DNA from: an uncultured candidatus Porisulfidus sp.
GTDB taxonomy: Bacteria; Pseudomonadota; Gammaproteobacteria; Poriferisulfidales; Poriferisulfidaceae
DNA length: 64,000 bases
Reading direction: 5' to 3'
Assembly: GCA_965199755.1 (NCBI GenBank)
Contig: CBDASZ010000001.1
Coordinates: 326,178-390,177, forward strand
Position 1 is the first letter of the stretch. The number at the start of each line of letters is the position of its first letter. A program made the translations under genes and the position numbers. Below are positions 21,601 through 30,892 of the stretch, one piece after another. Under the pieces are notes generated by a model. It was given only the letters and a program-made list of their open reading frames with translations, did not search any database and had not been told where the DNA came from.

Positions 21601-23113
21601 GGCGCAGTTGATTTTTGACCTCAAGCAGGTCAATCCGCAGGCACTGGTGTCAGTCAAACTGGTTGCCTCAGCCGGGGTCGGCACGATCGCCGCGGGCGTA
21701 GCCAAGGCGTACGCGGACCTGATTACGATTTCCGGTTATGACGGTGGCACAGGCGCGAGTCCGCTCACCAGCATCAAGTATGCGGGTGGACCGTGGGAGC
21801 TGGGCATCAGTGAGGCGCAAGTGGCGCTGCGGGCGAATGACTTGCGCGGCAAGATCCGACTGCAGGCGGACGGCGGCCTCAAGACCGGACTTGATGTGAT
21901 TAAAGCGGCCTTGCTGGGTGCGGAAAGTTTCGGGTTTGGCACCGCGCCGATGGTCGCCATGGGTTGCAAGTATTTGCGCATCTGTCATCTGAACAACTGC
22001 GCGACCGGAGTCGCGACTCAGAACAAGGTGCTGCGTCGGGATCATTTCATCGGTGAGGCGGACATGGTGGTCAACTACTTCCAGCTGGTGGCTGAAGAGG
22101 TGCGTGAATGGCTGGCGGCGCTGGGCGTGCGGCGTATGGAAGAACTGATTGGCCGCACCGACTTGCTGGAAATTCAAGACGGCGCGACGGCGCGTCAGCA
22201 GCGGCTGGACTTGCGCCCGCTATTGTCTGATGGCGGGGTGTCGGAGGATCTGCCGCGCTACTGCCAGAGCGATTCCAACCCTTCGTTTGACAAGGGTGAA
22301 CTGGCGGAGCAGATGGTGCGCGATTGCCAGATGGCGATTCGCGACAAGAGTGGTGGCGAATTTCACTACACGATCAACAACACGGCGCGTTCGATCGGGG
22401 CGCGGGTGTCTGGAGAGATTGCGCGACAGCATGGCGACCTGGGAATGGCGCAGGCACCGCTGGTGTTGCGCTTCACCGGTACAGCGGGGCAGAGTTTCGG
22501 GGTCTGGAATGCCGGCGGACTGCATTTGTATCTGAAAGGAGACGCGAATGACTACGTGGGTAAAGGCATGGCGGGCGGCAAACTGGTGCTGCGTCCGAGT
22601 GAGGGCCTTGCGCTGGCGGCGCATCAAACACCGATCATGGGCAATACCTGCCTGTATGGAGCGACCGGCGGCAAATTGTTCGCGGCGGGTCAGGCAGGCG
22701 AGCGTTTTGCGATCCGCAATTCCGGCGCGTTGGCAGTAGTGGAAGGCATTGGCGATCATGGATGTGAATACATGACCGGCGGTGCGGTGGTGGTTCTTGG
22801 AGAGAGCGGAATCAACTTTGGTTCCGGCATGACCGGCGGCTTCGCGCTGGTGCTCGATGAGCGCCAGAGTTTCCCGGAGCGCTGCAATAAGGAAATGATC
22901 GTATGGAAATCACTGGCGTCCGATGAATGCTCGGACTACCAGGTGTACTTGCGGAAGGTGCTGATGGAGCACTGTGGCGAGACCGCAAGTGTTAGAGGGC
23001 AGCAGATTCTGGAGCAGTTCACGCAGTGGCTGCCCAAATTCTGGCTGGTGTCACCTAAGGAGGCTCAGCTCGAAATCCCACCGCCATTGGTTGGGATTCG
23101 CGAGGCGGCGTAG
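18647..23113 (+). CDS. gltB: glutamate synthase large subunit
   Basis: MMATQSPKDSLYSAEFERDSCGFGLIAQMD (amidotransferase Cys), FMN and 4Fe-4S regions, ~1488 aa. No gltD follows. Confidence 0.9.
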   Translation: MMATQSPKDSLYSAEFERDSCGFGLIAQMDDVPSHGLVQTAIHALGRMTHRGAIAADGKTGDGCGLLLKIPADYFRAVAEREQFSIGERNALAMVFLSQDEDQAQAGRDALEKRLEEQGFKPRGWRVVPIDPEALGEQARASMPRIEQLFIDLLGANPQHCDASLMLARRRAEQDAAADPDFYVCSLSPHVVSYKGLMMPEWLPRFYKDLNDPALESSICVFHQRFSTNTLPQWALAQPFRYLAHNGEINTIRGNRNWTEARAHTFRSADLPGLEQLRPLVSATGSDSYALDNMLEVLHAGGVDIFRAMRLLIPPAWQHATDMEPDLRAFYEYSSMHMEPWDGPAGIVLTDGRYAACVLDRNGLRPARYVITRDRCIMLASEIGVHDYADTDVVEKGRLGPGEMLAVDTQTGDLLTSAQIDRINSTRNPYWKWLQEGSREMRHLVDHRVRDWEAYPRATLRQHEKMFGVSYEEREQVLRVLADAGQEATGSMGDDTPLPVMSGQTRSLYDYFRQQFAQVTNPAIDSLREKVVMSLETCFGQELNLFDESPDHAMRLVLESPVLTHKKFEHLLIIEDDDYRPLRLDLNIDADSDLREAVCAVAEEAVAAVRDGIVLLILSDREIAPGKVPIPALLATGAVHHALVREGLRCKANIVVDTGSARDPHHFAALIGYGATAVHPYLAFQCLADMMQMGEIEKETFSIIEGRYCAGVDKGLLKIISKMGISAITSYRGAQLFEVVGLSREVVDVCFVGSVSRIEGTGFAELADDQRHLAEQAWSLRDLRQGGLLKYVHGEEYHAFNPDVVQALQTAARSGEMTDYRKFSELVNQRDPMVLRDLLQVREGATPVPLDEVESASDITKRFDSAGMSLGALSPDAHETLALAMNRLGARSNSGEGGEDPKRHSSPRTSKIKQVASGRFGVTPAYLVSAEVLQIKIAQGAKPGEGGQLPGRKVNELIAKLRYCNPGVTLISPPPHHDIYSIEDLAQLIFDLKQVNPQALVSVKLVASAGVGTIAAGVAKAYADLITISGYDGGTGASPLTSIKYAGGPWELGISEAQVALRANDLRGKIRLQADGGLKTGLDVIKAALLGAESFGFGTAPMVAMGCKYLRICHLNNCATGVATQNKVLRRDHFIGEADMVVNYFQLVAEEVREWLAALGVRRMEELIGRTDLLEIQDGATARQQRLDLRPLLSDGGVSEDLPRYCQSDSNPSFDKGELAEQMVRDCQMAIRDKSGGEFHYTINNTARSIGARVSGEIARQHGDLGMAQAPLVLRFTGTAGQSFGVWNAGGLHLYLKGDANDYVGKGMAGGKLVLRPSEGLALAAHQTPIMGNTCLYGATGGKLFAAGQAGERFAIRNSGALAVVEGIGDHGCEYMTGGAVVVLGESGINFGSGMTGGFALVLDERQSFPERCNKEMIVWKSLASDECSDYQVYLRKVLMEHCGETASVRGQQILEQFTQWLPKFWLVSPKEAQLEIPPPLVGIREAA

Positions 23114-23142
23114 TCCCCGGGTCCCGGGGCGCGTCGAGTGCC

Positions 23143-24939
23143 ATGGCCGGTCGAATCCCGAGGGAGTTCATCACTGAACTGTTGGCGCGTGTGGACCTCG
23201 CGCAGGTCATCGCGCCGCACGTGCAATTGAAGCAAAACGGTCGGGAGTATAAAGCCTGCTGTCCGTTTCATCAGGAGAAGACGCCGTCGTTCACGGTGGT
23301 GCCGGACAAGGGGTTCTATCATTGTTTCGGCTGTGGCGCGCATGGCACCGCGATCAGTTTCCTGATGGACTACACGCGCTGCTCCTTTGTCGATGCGGTC
23401 GAGGATCTGGCGCGGCTGGCCGGTATGCAGGTTCCGCGTGAGGCCGGTGCGCAGTTGCGACAGGAAAAGCGCGAGCCGTTGTACGAATGTCTGAATGCGG
23501 CCAATAGCTATTACAAGGCGATGCTGCGTGAGTCTGACGCGGCAAAGACTTATGCCAAGGAGCGAGGGTTGTCAGGCGAGATTTGCAAGGAATACCAGGT
23601 TGGGTTTGCGCCGGCAGGCTACGACAGTCTGGAGAAGCATCTGGCTGGCAAGTTTGACCAAGACTTGCTGCTGAAAGCCGGCTTGCTGAAGAAAAGTGAA
23701 GACCGCGTGTACGGGCGCTTTCGTAACCGTCTGGTGTTCGCGATTCGCGATTCGCGCGGGAGGATTGCGGGCTTCGGCGGGCGTGTGATTGATGACGCGG
23801 ACAAGCCCAAGTATCTGAACTCCCCGGAGACGCCGGTGTTTCACAAGGGACATATCTTGTACGGGCTTTACGAAATACAACAACGTCGCAGCAAGTTTGA
23901 GGAATTGGTGATTGTTGAGGGGTATATGGATGTGATTGGTCTGGCGCAGGCCGGCGCAACCAACGCGGTCGCCACGTTAGGCACCGCGACTACCGAGGAC
24001 CACCTGCGGCAGATGGGCCGGTTCTGTCGTAAGTTCGTGTTCTGCTTCGATGGCGATGCGGCGGGACAGACGGCCGGCTGGCGGGCGCTGGAGCATATCC
24101 TGCCAGTGCTGCGCGATGGCGATGAGGTGCGCTTCGCGCACTTGCCGCAACAGGAAGATCCGGACAGTTATATCCGGGCGCATGGTTTGGAAGTGTGGCA
24201 AGAGTTCCTGGCGCAAAGCACGCCGCTGGAGGATTATTTTTTCGCGCATCTGTCAGAAGGACTGAATGTGGAAAGTGTCTCCGGCAGATCAAAACTGGTG
24301 GCCAAGGCGCGTCCGCTGCTGGCGTCAATGGCGGATTCGTCGTTTCGGGATCTGATGCTGAGTCTGTTGTCAGAAATAACCGGTCTGGGGATTGCGCAGT
24401 TGCGGGTGCCGTCCAAAGAGAGTGCGCCGGCACCTTCCGCGCCAAAGACTGCGCCGGCGCAGTCCGGGCGTCCGCCGCTGATGCGCAAGATGATCCGCAT
24501 GCTATTGGAATACCCGGAACTGGCAGTCAAGGCTTCAAGTTCATTGCTGCAGCATTTGGAGGGTCTGGAGATGAAGGGGGCTGAAATATTCGCGGAGATG
24601 GTGGAAGTCGCGCGCAGTCATCCGGGCATCAATACGGGGGGACTGATTGAGGCGGTCGGGATGACCCAGGGCGAGGAGACGACCCGGCACTTGCATGCGC
24701 TGCTGCGCTGGCAGCCGACAGGCATGAAAGAAGTTTCCGCAAAAGAACGGCAACAGCACTTCAGAAAAGGTCTGGCGCGTCTGCAGGATGAACGCCTGAA
24801 GGCGCAAATGTCCCGCCTGAACCAAATGCAGATGGAGGGTAAGCGGCTGAATACTCGGCAACAGAAGCAATATGAAGAATGTGTTGAGCAGCGACGACAA
24901 CTGAGACGGGAACTGATTGGCGGCGGGACTCCGCGATGA
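23143..24939 (+). CDS. dnaG: DNA primase
   Basis: Zinc ribbon CCPFHQEKTPSFTVVPDKGFYHCFGCGAHGTAISFLMDY, TOPRIM region EGYMDVIGL; 598 aa. Confidence 0.9.
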   Translation: MAGRIPREFITELLARVDLAQVIAPHVQLKQNGREYKACCPFHQEKTPSFTVVPDKGFYHCFGCGAHGTAISFLMDYTRCSFVDAVEDLARLAGMQVPREAGAQLRQEKREPLYECLNAANSYYKAMLRESDAAKTYAKERGLSGEICKEYQVGFAPAGYDSLEKHLAGKFDQDLLLKAGLLKKSEDRVYGRFRNRLVFAIRDSRGRIAGFGGRVIDDADKPKYLNSPETPVFHKGHILYGLYEIQQRRSKFEELVIVEGYMDVIGLAQAGATNAVATLGTATTEDHLRQMGRFCRKFVFCFDGDAAGQTAGWRALEHILPVLRDGDEVRFAHLPQQEDPDSYIRAHGLEVWQEFLAQSTPLEDYFFAHLSEGLNVESVSGRSKLVAKARPLLASMADSSFRDLMLSLLSEITGLGIAQLRVPSKESAPAPSAPKTAPAQSGRPPLMRKMIRMLLEYPELAVKASSSLLQHLEGLEMKGAEIFAEMVEVARSHPGINTGGLIEAVGMTQGEETTRHLHALLRWQPTGMKEVSAKERQQHFRKGLARLQDERLKAQMSRLNQMQMEGKRLNTRQQKQYEECVEQRRQLRRELIGGGTPR

Positions 24940-25006
24940 AGAAGGCGGGGTGCGTTTCGGGTAGAGTAAGGGCGCGTGTTGTTGAGCCTGGAGGAGTACT
25001 GACGCG

Positions 25007-25831
25007 ATGAAATCGTTTGACGCCCCGGTGATCATGGGGATCCTCAATGTGACCCCGGACAGTTTCTCGGATGGCGGGGCCTATCCTTCGACGTCGCGTG
25101 CGGTCGCCCGCGCGGTGGAAATGGTGGAAGAGGGTGCGGCGATCATCGATGTTGGTGGTGAGTCCACCCGACCCGGCGCGGAACGCATTGATGCGACTGA
25201 GCAGAAGCGGCGTATTCTCGATGTGATTGAGGAGGTGCGCAAGGCGGTGGGGACAGAGATTCAGATCAGTGTGGATACGACGCTGAGCGAGGCGGCCAGC
25301 GCAGCACTGGATGCCGGTGCCGACATGATCAACGATGTGTCCGCGGGGCGTGATGACCCAGAGATGTTCGCGCTGGTGGCCGAGCGTGGTGTTCCTTATT
25401 GTCTGATGCACATGCAAGGCACGCCGATGACCATGCAGGATGATCCGCAATACGAAGATGTCGTGATGGAAGTGCGAGAGTTTCTGCTGGAACGCGCCAA
25501 GGTGGCGCAAGATTCGGGCGTGGCGCGTGAGCAGATTGTGCTGGACCCTGGCATTGGGTTTGGCAAGCGCACCGAGCATAACTTGCAACTGATCGCGAAT
25601 CTGCGCCAGTTGGTGGTAAGCGGCTATCCGATTCTATTGGGCACCTCGCGCAAGCGGTTTATTGGTGAGGTGGCGGGTTCTTCAGATCCGGCCTCACGGA
25701 TGCCGGCGACGGTAGCGACTACAGGCTTGGGGGTGTCCGCAGGAGTGCGAATATTCCGCGTGCATGATGTCTGGCAGAACTATCAGGCGATGCAAGTCGC
25801 GCAGGCGCTGCTGGAGCGGGAATATTCCTGA
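25007..25831 (+). CDS. folP: dihydropteroate synthase
   Basis: MKSFDAPVIMGILNVTPDSFSDGG...; 274 aa. Confidence 0.9.
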   Translation: MKSFDAPVIMGILNVTPDSFSDGGAYPSTSRAVARAVEMVEEGAAIIDVGGESTRPGAERIDATEQKRRILDVIEEVRKAVGTEIQISVDTTLSEAASAALDAGADMINDVSAGRDDPEMFALVAERGVPYCLMHMQGTPMTMQDDPQYEDVVMEVREFLLERAKVAQDSGVAREQIVLDPGIGFGKRTEHNLQLIANLRQLVVSGYPILLGTSRKRFIGEVAGSSDPASRMPATVATTGLGVSAGVRIFRVHDVWQNYQAMQVAQALLEREYS

Positions 25832-25972
25832 GTGTGGTTGTGAGCTGGAAAAGCGCAGATTAGTCAGCCTTCTTGTAGAAGGCATAGATCAGGGTCTTTG
25901 TGATAAAGGAACTTAACACAAACCCCTTTTGTGTCTCATATATCGCCGAATATGATTTACAAAAATGCAGGC

Positions 25973-28696
25973 TTACTGAGCCAATCCGGCCTCCAGTTGC
26001 ACGGCGCAGAACTTGAACTCCGGGATCTTCCCAAGCGGATCCAGTTCCTCGTGGGTCAGCAGATTCGCAGCGGCTTCCTGATAACAGAACGGGGTGAACA
26101 CCTGACCGGGCATCAAACCCGGATCAACCCGTGTCGCGCATTCAATCGCACCGCGGCGTGAGCGCAAGGTTACAGGGGCACCGTCCTCAAGTCCCAGATC
26201 GTCGGCGTCCGTGGGCGACAGGAATGCGACGGCTTGCGGTTCCAGTGCGTTCAGTGTCTGTGAACGGCGTGTCATGGAGCCGGTATGCCAGTGCTCCAGC
26301 AGGCGTCCGGTGATCAGAATGTATGGGTAGCTCTGATCAGGCAGTTCGGCGGCTTCCCGAAATGCGGCAGGGACCAGATTGGCGCGACCACTGGCAGTGG
26401 GGAACTCATCCTGAAAGATCACTTCCTGACCGGGGTCTTCGTCACTCGTACACGGATAGGTGACGGAGCCGTTTTGCTCCAGTCGCTCCCAAGTGATGCC
26501 CTGAATCGTATCCATGCACTGGCGCATTTCCTCGAATACATCTTGGGCTTCCATTTCGGGCCAGTCCAGTCCCAGGCGCTGCGCGATTTGCTGAATGATC
26601 CACAGGTCTTGGCGGGCATCTCCCGGCGGCGGATGGGCGGGGCGGCCGAGTTGCACACGGCGGTCGGTGTTGGTGTAGGTGCCAGTTTTCTCCATGGCGG
26701 CGGAGGCGGGCAGGATGACATCGGCGTAGGCTGCGGTTTCGGTCAGAAACAGGTCTTGCACAACCAGATGGCGCAAGGTGCCGAGTGCAGCGCGTACGTG
26801 ATGCAGATTGGGGTCGGACATGGCCGGATTCTCGCCCATGATGTACATCCCTTGGATGTCACCGCGATGTGCGGCCTGCATGATCTCGACTACCGTCAGA
26901 CCTGGGCGAGAATCGAGGCTCATTCCCCACAACTGCTCGAAGCGTTGTTGCGCAGGCGCATGGTCGATGCGCTGGTAGTCGGGATAGACCATCGGGATGA
27001 GTCCGGCATCTGAGGCACCTTGTACGTTGTTTTGTCCGCGCAAGGGGTGCAGGCCGGTGCCGCGGCGTCCGATCTGGCCGGTGATTAGCGAGAGCGCAAT
27101 CAGACAGCGCGCGTTATCAGTGCCGTGCGTGTGTTGTGAGATGCCCATCCCCCAGAAGATCATGGAGGCGGAGGCGGTGGCGAACAGACGCGCGGCTTCT
27201 CTGATTTGGGTTGCCTCCACGCCGCACAGGCTCTGCACACGTTCCGGGGCGTAGTCGCGCACGTGTGCTTTGAGTTCTTCAAAGCCGTCAACACGCGCCT
27301 CAATGAAAGAGTGATCAACCCAGCCTTCTTCAATGATGGTGTGCAGCAGGGCGTTGAGCAGGGCAACATCCGTGTCTGGGTTGAATTGCAGGAACAGGGA
27401 GGCTTGTCTTGCCAGATCGGTCTGGCGCGGGTCCATGACGATCAGATTCTTGCCGTCGCGTGCGGCGTTTTTCATAAAGGTGGCGGCGACCGGATGATTA
27501 CCGGTCGGATTGGCACCGATGACCAGAATGGTCTCCGCGTAGGCGACATCGCTGACCGGGTTGGAGACGGCACCTGAACCGATGTCGGCCAGCAAGGCGG
27601 CAACGGAGGAGGCGTGGCACAGTCGGGTGCAGTGATCGACATGGTTGTTGCGGAATCCGCAACGCACCAGTTTCTGAAACAGATACGCCTCTTCATTGGT
27701 GCCTTTGGCGGAACCGAATCCGGCCAGTGCTTCAGGCCCTTTCTCTTCACGCAACGTAAGCAGGCCCTGCGCTGCCTGATCTAGCGCTTCATCCCAACTC
27801 GCGGGGCGAAACCATCCGCGAATTTCCTCACTGGAGACTTCGTTCAGGTCGAAGTCTTTGGGTGCGTCGTCGCGGCGTATCAGCGGCTCTAGCAGTCGGT
27901 CCGGATGGTAGGCGTAGTCGTAGCCATAGCGCCCCTTGACGCATAGCCGGCCATGATTGGAGGGGCCGTCGCGGCCATGTACTTCGACAATACGATCATT
28001 TTGAACACGCCAGCTCAGCAGACAGCCGACACCGCAGTAGGGACAGACGGAATCCACTTCACGCATCGCGTCATCGGCGATAGAGGTGGATTGCAGGGCA
28101 CCGGTCGGGCAGGCGCTGACGCATTCACCGCAGCCGACGCAGGAACTCTTACCCATGGGATCACTCAGATCAAAGGAGATCAGCGCTTTTGCTCCGCGCT
28201 GGACGTAAGCAATCACATCATTGTTCTGAACTTCGCGACACGCACGCACGCAGCGGGTACACTGGATGCAGGCATCCAGTTGTACGCGGATGGCCGGATG
28301 AGAGAGATCGGCGGGTGGTTGTTCGCGGCTAGGAAAGCGCGGTTCAGGGACGTCAAGTTTGCGGGCCCAGCTGTGCAATTCGCAGTCCGAGTCGCGTTGC
28401 TCCTGCATATCAGACAGCAGCAACTCCAGCACCATCTTCTGTGCGTCTTTCGCGCGTGTGTTTGCACTGCGCACCACCATGTCCGTGGTGGGGACACGGG
28501 TGCAAGCGGGTTGCAGGGCGCGTTCTCCTTCGATTTCGACCATGCAGGCGCGGCAATTGCCATCGGCGCGCAAGTCGTCGGTGTAGCACAGATGCGGGAT
28601 CTCAATCTGGTGTCGCTGCGCGGCTTGCAGGATGGTTTCTCCTTCCTGTGCTTCAATGCGGGTGTCGTTGAGCAGAAATGAGGTGGCGCCCATCAT
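25973..28696 (-). CDS. fdsA: NAD-dependent formate dehydrogenase alpha subunit (molybdopterin, 2Fe-2S/4Fe-4S)
   Basis: N-terminal 2Fe-2S (CYTDDLRADGNCRACMVEIEG), multiple 4Fe-4S Cys clusters, CPYCGVGC molybdopterin-enzyme motif. Start MMGATSFLLND at 28696 overlaps fdsB stop (ATGA); the table N-terminal extension to 28876 lies inside fdsB. Confidence 0.85.
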   Translation of the reverse strand: MMGATSFLLNDTRIEAQEGETILQAAQRHQIEIPHLCYTDDLRADGNCRACMVEIEGERALQPACTRVPTTDMVVRSANTRAKDAQKMVLELLLSDMQEQRDSDCELHSWARKLDVPEPRFPSREQPPADLSHPAIRVQLDACIQCTRCVRACREVQNNDVIAYVQRGAKALISFDLSDPMGKSSCVGCGECVSACPTGALQSTSIADDAMREVDSVCPYCGVGCLLSWRVQNDRIVEVHGRDGPSNHGRLCVKGRYGYDYAYHPDRLLEPLIRRDDAPKDFDLNEVSSEEIRGWFRPASWDEALDQAAQGLLTLREEKGPEALAGFGSAKGTNEEAYLFQKLVRCGFRNNHVDHCTRLCHASSVAALLADIGSGAVSNPVSDVAYAETILVIGANPTGNHPVAATFMKNAARDGKNLIVMDPRQTDLARQASLFLQFNPDTDVALLNALLHTIIEEGWVDHSFIEARVDGFEELKAHVRDYAPERVQSLCGVEATQIREAARLFATASASMIFWGMGISQHTHGTDNARCLIALSLITGQIGRRGTGLHPLRGQNNVQGASDAGLIPMVYPDYQRIDHAPAQQRFEQLWGMSLDSRPGLTVVEIMQAAHRGDIQGMYIMGENPAMSDPNLHHVRAALGTLRHLVVQDLFLTETAAYADVILPASAAMEKTGTYTNTDRRVQLGRPAHPPPGDARQDLWIIQQIAQRLGLDWPEMEAQDVFEEMRQCMDTIQGITWERLEQNGSVTYPCTSDEDPGQEVIFQDEFPTASGRANLVPAAFREAAELPDQSYPYILITGRLLEHWHTGSMTRRSQTLNALEPQAVAFLSPTDADDLGLEDGAPVTLRSRRGAIECATRVDPGLMPGQVFTPFCYQEAAANLLTHEELDPLGKIPEFKFCAVQLEAGLAQ

Positions 28697-30342
28697 TGCA
28701 CCTCTTCGGGGAAGTGGCGCAAGACCGACTGCAGCGGATTCGGAGCCGCTTGCCCCAGTCCACAGATCGAAGCGTCGCGCATGGTTTGGGACAACTCGTT
28801 GAGCAGGTCGGTATCCCAATGTTTCTCGCGCATCAGTGCGCTGGCCTTGCTGGTGCCGACGCGACAAGGGGTGCATTTGCCGCAGGATTCGCGGGCGAAG
28901 AAGGCCATGGCGTTACGTGCCGCATCGCTGGCGCGATCGGCGTCGGACAGCACGATGACCGCACCGGAACCGAGAAAGCAGTTGTGTTGCATCATGGTGT
29001 CGAAGTCCAGAGGCAGGTCACCGAGATACGCGGGCAGGATACCACCACTGGCTCCGCCGGGGAAATAGCCGTAGAACTCGTGGCCTGGCAGCATGCCGCC
29101 ACCGTACTCATCAATCAGTTCGCGTACGCTGATGCCGGCGGGGGCGAGGTGAACTCCGGGGATTTGGATGCGACCGCTGAGCGAGTATGAGCGCAGTCCG
29201 TGGCGTCCGCGGCGTCCGTGGTTGCGGTACCAGTCGGCACCATGCTCCAGAATCTTCGGAATCCACATCAGGGTTTCCATATTGTGTTCCAGAGTTGGCT
29301 GTCCGAACAGGCCGATTTCGGCAATGAATGGGGGACGCAGGCGCGGCATGCCGCGGCGACCTTCAATGGATTCGATCATGGCGGATTCCTCGCCGCAGAT
29401 ATAGGCACCGGCACCACGGCGTAACTCGATTGCCGGTAAGTCTGAATCAGACTCGCGCAGTTCTTGCAGCAGGGTCTCCAGCATCAGACGCACTCCGGTG
29501 TATTCGTCACGAATGTAGATGTAAACTGCTTGTGCCTCGATTAGATGAGCGGCCATCAGCATACCTTCGAGAAACGCATGCGGCTCGCGCTCTAGCCAGT
29601 AACGGTCCTTGAAGGTTCCCGGTTCGCCCTCGTCGATATTGACAGCGAGTAGGCGAGGGGGAGGGTAACTGCGCACGATTTGCCACTTGCGTGCGGCAGG
29701 GAAACCAGCACCTCCCAGACCGCGCAAGGTGGCGTACTCCATTGTGTCGATCAGTTGTTGGGGGTCCAGTTCCTTGCGCCGCAGGCGCATATAGTGGGCA
29801 TAGGCTCCAGCCTCCTGAGCTTCGGCGCAACTTGGGACTGCTGGCGGCGTGTCTCCCAAAGCCCGTTCGCTCAAGGCCTGTGTGACCTCCTTAAGGTTGG
29901 CGTGTCCGATTGGGTGCTGTCCCGCCACGGCTACAGGGGCGGTATCGCAACGACCGACGCAAGAGACCGCTTGAATGCGCACATCGGGGAAGTTTGCGCG
30001 TAACTCATCAGCCAGTTCCAAACCGCCCGCCATCGCGCAACTGATGGAGTCGCAAACGCGAACCGTGATCTCAGGAGGGTGGGTCTGGCCGTCCGTAATG
30101 TCGAAGTGATGATAGAAGGAAGCGACTTCGTGGACTTCTGCCACCGAAAGTTTCAGCCAGTCGGCTAGTGCAACTAGATGTTCCGGCGACAGGAAGCCGA
30201 AATGATCCTGCAACACGTGCAGATGCTCCAGTAGCAGGTCGCGTCTTGCGGGTATGGGCTCCAATAGGTGCACGATGTCTTCACGGGCAACTGTAGAGAC
30301 AGGTCGACCGCGTGGTTTGCGGGATGCTTGGGACGGTGGCAT
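28693..30342 (-). CDS. fdsB: NAD-dependent formate dehydrogenase beta subunit, fused NuoE-like (gamma) + NuoF-like (beta) domains
   Basis: N-terminal thioredoxin-like 2Fe-2S region (CDSISCAMAGG...CVGRCDTAPV) followed by NuoF-like NADH/FMN/4Fe-4S region (GLGGAGFPAARKW, ESCGKCTPCRVG); 549 aa. Confidence 0.8.
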   Translation of the reverse strand: MPPSQASRKPRGRPVSTVAREDIVHLLEPIPARRDLLLEHLHVLQDHFGFLSPEHLVALADWLKLSVAEVHEVASFYHHFDITDGQTHPPEITVRVCDSISCAMAGGLELADELRANFPDVRIQAVSCVGRCDTAPVAVAGQHPIGHANLKEVTQALSERALGDTPPAVPSCAEAQEAGAYAHYMRLRRKELDPQQLIDTMEYATLRGLGGAGFPAARKWQIVRSYPPPRLLAVNIDEGEPGTFKDRYWLEREPHAFLEGMLMAAHLIEAQAVYIYIRDEYTGVRLMLETLLQELRESDSDLPAIELRRGAGAYICGEESAMIESIEGRRGMPRLRPPFIAEIGLFGQPTLEHNMETLMWIPKILEHGADWYRNHGRRGRHGLRSYSLSGRIQIPGVHLAPAGISVRELIDEYGGGMLPGHEFYGYFPGGASGGILPAYLGDLPLDFDTMMQHNCFLGSGAVIVLSDADRASDAARNAMAFFARESCGKCTPCRVGTSKASALMREKHWDTDLLNELSQTMRDASICGLGQAAPNPLQSVLRHFPEEVQ

Positions 30343-30346
30343 GGAA

Positions 30347-30892
30347 TCAGCGCAACAGGGCAGTGAAGAACTCTATAGATTCAGAAGAGTCCCACTCGCG
30401 AATGCCGCTGACCCAATAGAGTGCGTGGCCGTCTTGATCAAGTAGGAAGGTGGTCGGCAGAGCACGGATTCGCCAGTCGCTCAGGGCTAAATTCGCATCC
30501 ACTAGAATCGGGAAATTGACCGGTGTTTCGCTCAGAAATTCCTGCATTTCTGGCGAGGGTCCAGAGTGAATTCCGATAATTTGGAGGCGCTCTGGGTCCA
30601 TCGCCTGTTGCAGGCGGTTTAGTGCCGGCATCTCTTCACGACAGGGGGTGCACCACGTCGCCCAGAAGTTGATCAGCAGCATTTGCCCTCGTTCCTGACT
30701 CAATTGCCAGTGGTTGCCGTCGAGATCCGGCAAGGTGAAGTCTGGAGCCAGCCGGCCGGAGGCCGGATTCATGAACTTTCCAGTTGTGTCAGGTTTCAAC
30801 TCTTCGGTTGTTTTAGTTTCCAGGAGGTATAGATAGCTTGAAATACCAAGGGCAAAGGCGCCGACCGCGGCGATGATCAGCAGTTGCTTCAT
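30347..30892 (-). CDS. TlpA/ResA-family periplasmic thiol:disulfide oxidoreductase
   Basis: Signal/TM anchor MKQLLIIAAVGAFALGI, thioredoxin motif WATWCTPCREEMPAL. Confidence 0.75.
   Translation of the reverse strand: MKQLLIIAAVGAFALGISSYLYLLETKTTEELKPDTTGKFMNPASGRLAPDFTLPDLDGNHWQLSQERGQMLLINFWATWCTPCREEMPALNRLQQAMDPERLQIIGIHSGPSPEMQEFLSETPVNFPILVDANLALSDWRIRALPTTFLLDQDGHALYWVSGIREWDSSESIEFFTALLR

Noticed and set aside
23113-23143. Expectation of gltD after gltB and rpoD after dnaG
   Set aside because: Neither is present; dnaG starts 30 nt after gltB and folP follows dnaG. A lineage-specific gene order, not an anomaly I can tie to a function.
24761-25588. 275-aa minus-strand ORF opposite dnaG end and folP
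   Set aside because: Antisense to two well-supported genes; His/Arg-rich, no motifs.
26285-28681. Plus-strand ORFs (242 aa, 242 aa) within fdsA
   Set aside because: Antisense to the molybdopterin FDH alpha subunit, whose Cys-cluster motifs are unambiguous on the minus strand.
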